From: Cladosporium halotolerans
Taxonomy: Eukaryota
Length of the DNA stretch: 64,000 nt
Reading direction: 5' to 3'
Assembly (NCBI RefSeq): GCF_011745625.1
Contig: NW_027191454.1
Location: 62,001-126,000 of the forward strand
Position numbers and translations under genes: made by a program. This document shows, one piece after another, positions 39,009-49,392 of the stretch. Under the pieces are notes generated by a model. It saw only the letters and a program-made list of their open reading frames with translations, did no database searches and had not been told where the DNA came from. How positions within the stretch are numbered: the stretch's first letter is position 1; every line of letters begins with the position of its first letter.

Positions 39009-41977
39009 TCAAGCAACGTTCCCAAAAGCCCTCTTCTTCCTCCCCTTACTCACGTCCTCCTCTTCCAGCGCCGCGTCGTCGACGTACTCGCTCTTCTCGT
39101 TCTCCCTCGCCTCAACACCCATAATGCCCAGACCAGCCAGGTTGAAACCGAGCACCTTTCTCTGCTCCGCTTGCCACTCTTCGTACGCCTCCAGAATCTC
39201 CGCGAGCGGTTGCCGCAGGGCGCCGGACGAGACGACTTGATGCATGTGTGCCTGCAGCAGGAAGTACGTCACGCGCCACGCCAGCTCGGGGTGTAAGCGG
39301 CGGCGGAAGAAAAGCGCAAGGAAAGTGAAAAGATCAGGGAGGATTGAGAAAGGCAGCACAAGCAGAGCATCGTTCAGCGCCGGCGCGGGAATGCGCTGCA
39401 GCGTCTTAAGCAGGTGCTGCTCGGCGGAGATGTTGCCGAGGGCGAGGAAGACCGGGTTGCGCTGCGGCACGGCCATGTTCGGATTGCGGGCCTTGTCGCG
39501 CTCGTAGGCGAGCATGAGCTCGTGGTCCTCGGTGCAGACCTCGAGGGCCTCCATCAGTTTCTCGCCATGCGTAAGCGTGGCGATGGTCTGCTTGGAGGCG
39601 GCGGCGACCTCGGCGTCCTGGTCCTCGTCGTCGCGGGCGTCGCGGTCGAGGTTCTGCGCGAGGGTTGCTTCATGCATTTCCTCGAGCTCGCGCTCGCGCT
39701 CTTCCTCGAGGAAGATGAGGTCGTCGCCGACGTCGTGCACGCGGATGGACTTGTCGTGCGAGGCGGTGATGACGGTCTCGCCTGTGCGGGACAGGGTCAT
39801 GGCCCAGATTTCTCCGTGATGGCCGTCGAATTTCTGGATTTGCTCGAATTTGTCGCCGTCCCATGATTTGAGCACGCCGTCTTTCGATGCTGAGAAGAGG
39901 GTGTGCTTCTCTTCTTGCTCAACGGGGTGTGGGATGAAGGCGACCTGCATGACACTGTCCTGGTGGGCGAAGAATGCTTTGTGGCAATCACCGAAGTCCA
40001 GACCCCAGATGCGCACGTTCTTGTCTGCACTACATGTGGCGATGAGTTTACTGTCGGCAGATATCGAGATGTTCAAGACTGGGAGCTTGTGACCGTAAAG
40101 TGTGAGGAAGAGTTTGAGGGAGTCGTTGAAGTAGACCTTGACAGTGTTGTCAAGGGTACTGAGAGCGATCAATTTGCCGTCTGGTGAGAAGCAAAGCGAC
40201 AGGACGTCGTCTGACACCTTGAGCTCTCTTGTCTGGTTGAGCTTCAGACGTGATGTCGTCCTGCGCGTTCCGGGGATGTTCTCCTCAACGACATCAAAGC
40301 GCCAAAACTTCGCACTCTTGTCGGCGCTTCCTGTTACAACACTGCGACCGTCGGGGTTAACAGCGAGGGTCCAAATTGCACCATCGTGTGCTTTGATCGT
40401 CTCAATGATGGTGCTGGTGCTGATGTCGTAAAGCTCCAGTTCACCGGTCTTGGTTCCAACTAGTACAATACGGTCACCAGGGAGGAAAGCAGAGCAAAGT
40501 GCTTGACCGCACTCTAGCGTCCGTAGGCATGTTTGTGTCTTGAGGTTCCAAACCTTGAGCTGACCACTGGAGGCGGAGGCCAACATGCGGTCGTCTGATG
40601 AAAGGGAGAGTGTTCGAATGTCTGTCCTGTGACCTGGAAGCTCCACGGCCAATGAACGGTTGTACTCCGGAGCTTCTCGTCCAGAAGCCAGCTTTTGATG
40701 TGATGCCACTGTGTAAAGCTCCAGCTGGTTGTTTGTTGTCGCAGTAAGTAATTGCAGGTTCTTGTTGGAGCGGGTTCCGGCTGTCGACCAGTCCACTGAG
40801 CGGACCTTGCCGGTAGTGCGAACAATCACGTAGGAGACAAACACGTCACCCACTTCAGGAGTGCCGACAGCATCCTCAGCCTCCGGTGCGAGTGTCTCAC
40901 CGTTCGCAGCGGCCTTCTCCCTTCGTCTCCTCTTCTTGCGCTGCATGTGTCTGTGTACCTCCTCCCCGGATCGAATGCGCCAAAGCTCTACCGCCTTCTC
41001 CGATCCGTGCACTGCGATGTAGTCTTGCCTAGGGTGGAAAGTGATTCCAGTAGTGCGATCTTTACCCTGCCTGTGCAAGATACCCTGGCTCTTGAGGATG
41101 TCCTGCTTCTTGCTCTGAGCAGCAATACTCGATCCGAATTCTGCCAATCCAGCCAGATCCAGACTCCAGACCTTCAGCTCGCCGTCGTTGCCCGCAGTGA
41201 TGCAGCCATCGCCGTCCGGGTTCATGCCGAGAGCCCAGCACTCTCCGTTTGTCTGTGCAACGTGTGTCTCAATGCAGTGTGGGCTCTGCAGATCCCAAAG
41301 CTTGACCAGAGCATCCTTGGAGGTGGAAAGCAGGTACTTTTCCTCGAACTCTTCGCTGTCGTTTGCGCCGAGATCCACGGCCTCGTCCGTGTGCGGGCTC
41401 TGCGGGCGAGATACGGGCGTGCGTACGAATGCAAGTCCGGTGATTTGGTCCTTGTGTCCACGAAGTCTGTACTCGGCCGCTTCGGACAGCAAGTTCCAGA
41501 TAATGATGTCCGTGTCCTTTGAGCCACTAGCCAACCGAGCTCCCTCGCGATCGAACTGCAAGTGCACAACTGCCGAGCGGTGCCCGTTAAAGCTGACCAC
41601 AATCTGTCCCGACAGAGCATCCCAGATCCTGATCGCACCGTCTGCGTGGCCAACAGCCAGAAGATCGGGCTGAACGGCGCATTGCGAGATGCATGTGACA
41701 GCGCTGCGGTTGTCCTTGTCGTTCCACCTCGACAGCTGCTCGCCCTTTTTGATATCCCAGCAGATCACATCCTCATTTGCGCCTACATAGGCCTTGCCTG
41801 CGCCAGTCGAGCGCGCGCTGGCAGTTTTCGAGGTAGACTCTGGAGTCCAGACGCAATTCGATGTCGCCGTGCAGACCGTGCCGAAGCTGACGGTCGGCTC
41901 GTACTTTCTGATAGGAGTATTAGTGAGAGACCGAAGAGATCAAGGAGCGTGCCGACAAACCTGTAAGAGCGCACCAT
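39009..41977 (-). CDS. UTP12: U3 snoRNA-associated WD40 protein Utp12/Dip2; exons 41977-41961 and 41907-39009
   Basis: MVRSYRKYE start, multiple WD40 repeats (GHRSAV, LASGSKDTDIIIW, LYGHKLPVL, KNVRIWGLDFGDCHK) and a Utp12-type C-terminal domain. Confidence 0.93.
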
Positions 41978-42292
41978 GGTCGGTCGCAAAAGGCTGTGCC
42001 GAGAGCAAGCTTGTCGGGCAGTCGGCCTTCGACATTTCTTTTGCAGCGCAGGCTTGCGAAACGGCTAGCGCGAACGCTACCCCGCAGCTGGCCCGCGCCG
42101 GCCGCAGAGCCGCACGGCGTGGTGGGCGTCCCACTTGCTTGGGCTGAGCTCGGCGACTGCGTAATGAGCACATGCAGCCGGCATTGAGCAGACGAGCGGT
42201 GCAGCACACGTGAGACGACACCAGTGACACCGCACACCACCGCAACTCACCACCAGCCATATTAGCGGCCTGCTGCCGCCTTCTTCGCCATC

Positions 42293-43387
42293 ATGTTGCT
42301 CCTCGATTACCAGAACGTTCTCATTGAGTCCCTCCTCAAGGACCGCTTTGCGCCAGAGTAGGCCTCCAAAAATCGCCAGGCAGCTTCCTGTATACCGGCT
42401 GACCAAATCTCCCTCTCAGAGCCACCCCTACTGCCATTGACCAGATCGTCTCTGACTTCGACAACGTCACCTTCCACATCAGCACCCCCGAGTCAAAGAC
42501 ACGCATCCTCATCTCTACCAGCATAAAATGCTACCGCGAGCTCGTGCAGTACGGCGCCGAAGACGTCCTGCAGCGCGAGTATGGCCCCTATATCGTCGCA
42601 CCCGAGCAGGGCTATGACTTCAGCGTGCAGGTTGATCTGGAGAACCTGCCGGAGAGCCAGGAAGAGAAGGACGAGCTGGTGCGGAAGATCAGCTTGCTCA
42701 AGCGCAACGCCATGGCAGCGCCCTTCGAGCAGGCCTTCGACGAGTACGCCGCGCTGCACGAGGAGGCGAGCAAGTACACCTCGGAGTCGGCGCCACAGGG
42801 TGTGCGCGAGGGCGGCGGCGTGCGCGCCATCCACTACCGCGACGAGGAAGCCATCTACATCAAGGCCTCGCACGACCGCGTGACCGTCATCTTCAGCACG
42901 GTCTTCCGCGAGGAAACGGACCGCGTGTACGGCAAGGTGTTTCTGCAGGAGTTCGTCGACGCCCGGCGGAGAGCGATCCAGAACGCCCCGCAGGTGCTCT
43001 TCCGCCACGACCCGCCGCTCGAGCTCGAGGGTCAGCCCAACCTGAAGGCCGGCAAAGGCGACGTCGGATACATCACCTTCGGTATGTCTCCTTCAGGGCT
43101 CTGAATCCCACCCATCTCATGAAACCCTCGCTAACACCTCCCCTCTCCCAGTGCTCTTCCCCCGCCACCTGACCCCGGCGCGCCGCGAGGAAGTCATCTC
43201 GCACATCCAGACCTTCCGCGACTACTTCCACTACCACATCAAAGCCAGCAAAGCCTACATCCACAGCCGCATGCGCCGACGCACCGCCGACTTCCTGCAG
43301 GTGCTGCGCCGCGCGCGGCCCGAGGCCGAGGAGGGCACCAAGGAGAGGAAGACGGCGAGCGGCAGGACGTTCAAGGTCGGTGGTTAG
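42293..43387 (+). CDS. ARC35: Arp2/3 complex 34-kDa subunit (ARPC2/Arc35); exons 42293-42357, 42420-43081, 43152-43387
   Basis: MLLLDYQN start, [60 protein letters not shown]. Confidence 0.95.
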
Positions 43388-43709
43388 AGAGAAGGCAACC
43401 AAGTTATTCTGTCATCAGCAAAGCATTCAGGGAGATGGCGAGCCCAAAGGTCTTGCATGAGAAAATCTAGATAGCGAGGAATGAAAACGAGTCAAACGAC
43501 CACCACTTATCTGGGAATCTGTGGCCTGTCAACTGATAGGTTCTCCACCGGACAGTCACCTTTAGTATGCCTAGGAGGGATGGTATTACGGTGATATATT
43601 AAGAATACTGGAAATGGCTACTATCATCGGCGAGCCTCGGGTCGCTACTGGCCTTCGCCGCCGTCATGGATAAAGCCGCTCCGGAGACCCGCAATATCAA
43701 GATTAGAAG

Positions 43710-44291
43710 ATGGATGACGACGATAATAGACTCCTCCCTTTAATCAAGGCTCTAATCGGGATTCCCGGCCCGGCATCATTCTCAAAGAGGGTCGCCGCCC
43801 TCGTACGTCGCCTCACTGAGAACAGATTCGCCATAGGGCAAGAGGACTAGGATGCCATACACAGCCGCAAGTGCATCCAGCCAGACTACCAGGACGAGCT
43901 CTGGTTGTTTCCGTCTCTGACGTTCGAGCTCAGCCCGGGCTGCGACTACTTCCCACAAGCATACGTTTTCACCCTCCTCGCGAGGGTCGATCCTCCTCAC
44001 CTCCCAAACTACGAGCTGCGCTTCCTGACAATAATCTACCCACCCGCTCTGGAGCTGAAACTCGATACTTACGATTAATGCCGACAGTCTAACGCCGAGG
44101 ACTGGTCAAAGGCAGACGTTGTTAACGACATCAACATGATCCACGGTAACCGGGCGATTCCCTACGAGGATTTCACCTCACGCGCGAAGAAGCTCTACAC
44201 GAGCAGGAACCTTCGCGCATTCGAAAGTTTGTAGACTTTGGAAGACTATGACGCGTTCAGATACGGTCAAAACATGAGGCTCTCCGCGTAA
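43710..44291 (+). pseudogene. Degenerate ORF of unknown family (193 codons) with three in-frame stops; RIP-like decay
   Basis: ATG 43710 opens a coding-like frame (MDDDDNRLLPLIKALIG...WLFPSLTFELSPGCDYFPQAY...) broken only by TAG 43848, TAA 44076 and TAG 44232, each one transition away from CAG/TGG/CAA. Confidence 0.55.
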
Positions 44292-44952
44292 AAAATCGGT
44301 TTTGATCGTCTAGAAGATAAGGGAGCACGTCAGAAGGCTTTTTTTCCTCGGAGATCAGCCGTACCCAACGATGATCAATGGTGCTGGCTGAAGTGGCCCA
44401 GCTGTGATAGACGCTCTCGTCTAAGGGTAGGGCGGTAGGCTCCTCCTGGGCTGCTGTGAACTGTAAACTGGGGGTGGTAAGGTTACGAGCCATGGTGACC
44501 CAGCGACCTCTGAGAGCGCCAAGGCCGCATGGGAGCATGTCGACTGAGGCTGCGGTTAGGTCGAGCTGGCGGCCCTCCGGGGCTTCAGACCTGTATTCCA
44601 AAGGAATAAGGTCGGCATAGGCCTGGCGGCCCTGTTGCACCGCGGCGTTGTTGTTCCCAAATCTTATAGGAGATGGTAGCACTTCAAGCTCGATTTGAAT
44701 CACGGAGAGGCTCGCAGCTTCCCCTCGTGCCTGGCTCTCTCTGTGGCGAACATCACATCCCCGAATCCTATAGGAGATGGTAGCACTTCAAAATCGAACT
44801 AGATTACGGAGAGGCGGTCGCGGCGTTGTTGTTGTCGCACTTTAGATATAGGGTTTGGAAGACTACGACGCGTCCTAGTATACGTTAGGCTCTCCGGATA
44901 AAAATTTGGGGTTGATAGTCTATGACAGAAGGTAGTACGTCCAAAGTCATTT
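44237..44952. repeat. Nested degenerate direct repeats: about 105-bp copies at 44237-44345 and 44854-44952; about 52-bp copies at 44660-44711 and 44764-44815
   Basis: Shared TTTGGAAGACTAYGACGCGT...AGGCTCTCCG..TAAAAA..TTGAT.GTCTA and AATCYTATAGGAGATGGTAGCACTTCAA...ACGGAGAGGC blocks. Confidence 0.8.
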
Positions 44953-45068
44953 TGTCGGGGGGATAGGGATATTCAGAGAAACACAGAAACGTTGTAATGC
45001 ACTATAGAAGAACTAGAAAATCATAGCATGGTCGTGAAGACACTTGCTTCACCTCGAACAAGAGCCGC

Positions 45069-48000
45069 TTACAAAGGCTTGCCGCCAATGAAGTCACTCC
45101 ACCTCCTGACCTCGTTGGGGATGCCGTCAGGCTTAGGCAGCTTCTCGCTCATACACTGAGCGGAGAGGACGGCAGTCTTGGGCTCCATGAAGAGCGGCAC
45201 ACCGAAGTCGACGGCGTTGCGGCGCATAACGTAGTCCTCGTCGACCATGCTGCTGGCGCGACGCTTGGCCAGGTTGAAAGCGCCACGGATGTCGTACTTC
45301 TCGAAGACCTCACGCAGGGCGCGCTTGTCCTGCTTGGGGAACTCGATGACCTCGACGTTGACGGAGCTGTCCTTGCTGGACTGCTCGAGGTGCTCCTTGA
45401 TCTCGCTGTTGGCGGCGTAGAGCTTGTAGCCGAGAGGGTTCAGGTAGTCGACAATCTTGGCAAGGTCGCCAGTAGCGGTGTCACCGCCGAAGAGAAGACC
45501 CTCACCAGGCTGGGGAAGACGGAAGTTCATGGTGCTCTGCATGCCAGCCCAGTAGGCCTCGACGAGGTCCTTGCCGAAGCAAGCCATTTCACCGGTAGAA
45601 GACATCTCGACACCGAGGTAGGGGTCGGCACCAGCGAGACGAGTCCAGGCGAACTGAGGGACCTTGACGGCGAGATAGTCACGGTCGACCTTCATCAGGT
45701 CAACCGGCTCAGGGACGTTGGTATCGGTGATGGCGCGGGTTGCGACGTCGATGAAGTTGGTGCCCAGAACCTTGGAGGAGAAGGGGAAAGAGCGAGAAGC
45801 ACGGAGGTTGCATTCGATGACCTTGAGAAGGCTCTCACCGCCCTCAGGGTTGTCGGCGTTGATGATCTGCATGTTGAAGGGACCGGTGATGTTCCAGGCC
45901 TTAGCGACCTTCTCAGCAATCTCCTTGACACGGTTGACGGTAGCGGCGGGCAGGTTGGCGGGCGGCAGCACAAGGGAGGCATCGCCGGAGTGAACACCAG
46001 CGTTCTCAATGTGCTCACTGACGGCGTGGACAAGCAGCTTGCCGTGAGAAGCAACAGCGTCAACGTCGATTTCACGAGCACCCTCAATGTATTGAGTGAT
46101 AACCACAGGGTGGTCAGGCGAGACGTTGGAGGCGGCCAAAAGCTTGTCCTTGAGCTCCGCCTCAGACCAGATAACGGTCATGGCGGCACCGGACAGGACA
46201 TAGGACGGGCGAACAAGGACGGGGTAGCCAACGCTCTCAGCAAACTTCTTAGCATCCTCGTAAGAAGTAAGCTCCTTCCAGGCGGGCTGGTCAACACCGA
46301 TAGAGTCCAGAATCGAAGAGAACTTGTGCCTGTCCTCAGCCTTGTCGATATCTTGAGGGTCAGTACCGAGAACCTTCGCCTTGCCAGTCTCCTGGAGCTT
46401 AAGAGCGATGTTCTGAGGCAGCTGGCCGCCGACAGAAACGACAACACCAGAGCTGGTCTCCAGCTCGTAGATGTCCATGACACGCTCGTAGCTGAGCTCT
46501 TCGAAGTAGAGGCGATCAGGGAAGTCATGGTCAGTTGAGGTGGTCTCTGGGTTGTAGCTAATTTGGCTGTTAGCATGGTTCTGGATGTATAGAGGTGGTA
46601 GAAATGGATGAGGTGCGAAAGGGGGGTTCTCGGCGGGCCGGGGGCGGTTTCTGAGCTCAAAGCCGACGATACCGCCACAAAACGCGATTTTTTCGAGCGG
46701 GATTGACCAGCCACAAGGGCAGGACATCTCACTGACCGATCGACGTGTTCTGTGACGGGTACCGAAGGTATGAGCTCAGGAAGCGAGAGCCTTCAGACTT
46801 CCCAGCGGCGGCGCGGCGTCGTCTCAGTGACGCACATGCACGCAATCGAACGACGACCGATGGCAGCACGTCCAATTGCAGCACTATATGTGTAAAGAGA
46901 TCAATAATCGCGCGCAGACATCGCAGTGGCCGAAAGGTGGTCTCTCGAACGCATGCCGCTGGTAGTACGTCTGGCTCGGGCATAACGTGGGTGAAGTCTG
47001 AGCCGGGCTGCGCCGAAGAATCCCCGTGCGCAGAACACACGCATTCGCGCGGCTGCTGATGGTAGGACGTCGAGATGCAAAACAACAGAAATAGACTTAC
47101 TTCTGTAATGGATTATTAGCAGATGTTCAAATGAAGATGCAAAAAAGTGAGCGACGGAAGAACTTACAATGACAACGGTCTTCTTGCCAAGCTCCTTCAA
47201 GCTGAGCGTAGCGTTGACAGCGCACCAATCGAACTCGACAGAAGAGCCAATGCGGTAGACACCAGATCCAAGAACGATGATACCGTGATCGTTGAACTCA
47301 ATATCGTGGCTGGAAGCGTTATAGGTCGTGTACAGGTAGTTGGTGTCGGCGGGGAACTCGGCGGCGAGGGTGTCGATCTTCTTGACCCAAGGGCGGATGC
47401 CAAAGTTCTTGCGGCGGGCGCGGACCTCATCTTCGGTGCTGTTGACGGCGTTGGCGATCTGCCTGTCGGAGAAACCGAGCTTCTTGGACTTGAGCATGAG
47501 CTCCTTCTTGACGCCGTAGAGCGAGCCGATGTTCTGGAGTTCGTGGGTGCAGTCGACGATGTTTTGGATCTTGTAGAGGAACCACTTGTCGATCTTGCTC
47601 AAGTCGTGGACCTTGTCGACGGAGTAACCTTCGTGAAGCATGGCCTGGCCAACAGCGAGCCAGCGGCGGTCGGTGGGGTTCCTGAGCACGTCGTCGATGT
47701 CGTCAAAGTGGTCTCCCTGGAGACCGGCGAACTTGGGGTCAACCATGCGAATAGCCTTCTGGAAAGATTCCTCGAAAGTACGACCGATAGCCATAACCTC
47801 ACCGATGGACTTCATAGCGGAACCGATGTGGCGGTCAACGTTCTGGAACTTGCTCAGATCCCAACGCGGCATCTTGGTGACGATGTAATCAAGAGAGGGT
47901 TCGAAGTTGGCGGTAGTCGTGCGGGTGACAGCGTTGGGAAGCTCAGGAAGAGTGTGTCCCAGACCGATCTTTGCAGCGGTATAAGCCAGAGGGTAGCCGG

Positions 48001-49183
48001 TAGCCTTGGAAGCGAGAGCGGAAGAACGAGAGAGACGAGCGTTGACCTCAATGACACGGTAGTCAAGACCATCCGGAGCCAGAGCGTATTGAACGTTGCA
48101 TTCTCCGACAACACCAAGGTGACGAATAATCTTGATAGCGGCAGTCCGGAGCATGTGGTATTCCTCATCGCTGAAGGTCTGAGAAGGCGAAACGACGATA
48201 CTGTCACCAGTGTGAACGCCGAGAGGGTCGAAGTTTTCCATGTTGCAGACAGTGATACAGTTATCAGCGGCGTCGCGGACGACCTCATATTCGGCCTCCT
48301 TCCAGCCCTTGAGAGACTTTTCGACGAGAATTTGCGGGGACAGGGTCAGAGAACGGGCAGACAGGTTGCGAAGCTCCTCGGGGTTCTCAGCAAAACCACT
48401 GCCGAGACCACCGAGAGCGTAAGCAGCGCGGACGATAATCGGGTAACCAACGGAGTCGGCGGCGGCGAGCGCCTCGTCGACTGTGTTGACAGCGATACTC
48501 TCGGCGATCGGAATGTCGATCTCCTTCAGAGCCTGGGCGAACAAGTCACGGTCCTCACTGACCTCGAGAGTCCTGATGCTCGTACCAAGAACCTTGACGC
48601 CGTAGCGATCGAAGATGCCCATCTTGTTCATTTGCACACCCAAGTTGAGGGCAGTCTGGCCACCGAAGGAGAGGAAAATGCCATCGGGGCGCTCCTTCTC
48701 GATCACGTAGGTGACGTATTCGGGGGTGACAGGGAGGTAGTAGACTTCGTCGGCGAGAACGTGTGCGGTTTGAATGGTTGCGATGTTGGGGTTGATGAGG
48801 ACAGACTTGACGCCGGCCTCCTTGAGGGCCTTCAGCGCCTGGGAGCCGGAGTAATCGAACTCGCCGGCCTGTCCAATAGAGAGACCACCAGAGCCAATGA
48901 CGAGGACCTTCTTGACATCAACGAGGTCCTGCGCACCAGAAATGGCACCACTCTCGAGGTATGCTTTCGCATTGGGAGCGGTCTCTGTCTGGCTGGCGCA
49001 GCTCCTGGCCGACCTGGTAAAGGCCCTAATGTTCTTGGGAGCAGCCTTGACCTGCTTCTGCTGCTTAACGCATCGTGGGGCCTGAGAGACGAAGGTACGG
49101 CGGGCAATGCGAGGAGCAGCTTGGCGGGCTTGGTGGAACAACTCCTGCTGCAGCTGGCGAACCAGCTTGCCGCTAAGAGCCAT
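45069..49183 (-). CDS. CPA2: Arginine-specific carbamoyl-phosphate synthetase large subunit (CPA2/arg-3), mitochondrial; exons 49183-47168, 47102-47101 (2-nt micro-exon), 46557-45069; 1168 aa
   Basis: [87 protein letters not shown]; mitochondrial presequence; no GATase/ATCase domains, so not Ura2; the micro-exon restores KTVVINYNPET. Confidence 0.95.
46558..47100 (-). other. Unusually long (543 nt) structured spliceosomal intron in CPA2 with four GAYGTNCTRCC repeats
   Basis: GTAAGT donor at 47100, GCTAAC branch site and TAG acceptor at 46558; long complementary segments and four motif copies (see findings). Confidence 0.85.
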
Positions 49184-49235
49184 GGTTGTTTGTGTTTTTC
49201 AGGTAATTCGGGTGGGTGCAGCGGCAGTGGTCTAG

Positions 49236-49392
49236 TTAATTGACCTGGGCCTTCCACAGGTGGTCGGAGATGTAGTCTACACGCGCATCGAATTAGCCAA
49301 TGCGCCGGCAGCGGGACGAAAGCTCCTGGACCGACCTCGGGAGCGAGCTAGAGCATACCTTGAGAAGTGGTTTTGGTGGGCGCAAAAGTCAT
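49236..49392 (-). CDS. uORF encoding an arginine attenuator peptide (AAP), 24 aa MTFAPTKTTSQDYISDHLWKAQVN; exons 49392-49359 and 49276-49236
   Basis: Removing an 82-nt intron (49277-49358; GTATGC..GCTAAT..TAG) yields the core TSQDYISDHLWKA, matching N. crassa TSQDYLSDHLWRA and yeast TCQDYISDHIWK, with D12 and W19 in register; stop lies 52 nt before the CPA2 ATG. Confidence 0.93.

Noticed and set aside
45069..46727. ORF-track view of CPA2 as two separate genes (760 aa and 552 aa)
   Set aside because: Canonical splice sites plus the 2-nt exon join them into one 1168-aa protein; the extra termini are intron read-through
46861..46995. FT-x6-DxL spacing in the intronic DVLP repeats resembling the N. 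crassa AAP
   Set aside because: Lacks equivalents of the essential Asp12 and Trp19; too little similarity to claim homology
46558..47100. Intronic box C/D snoRNA, hammerhead ribozyme or TPP riboswitch in the CPA2 intron
   Set aside because: No RTGATGA box C, no CUGAUGA..GAAA core and no recognisable TPP aptamer; an H/ACA RNA cannot be excluded without Infernal
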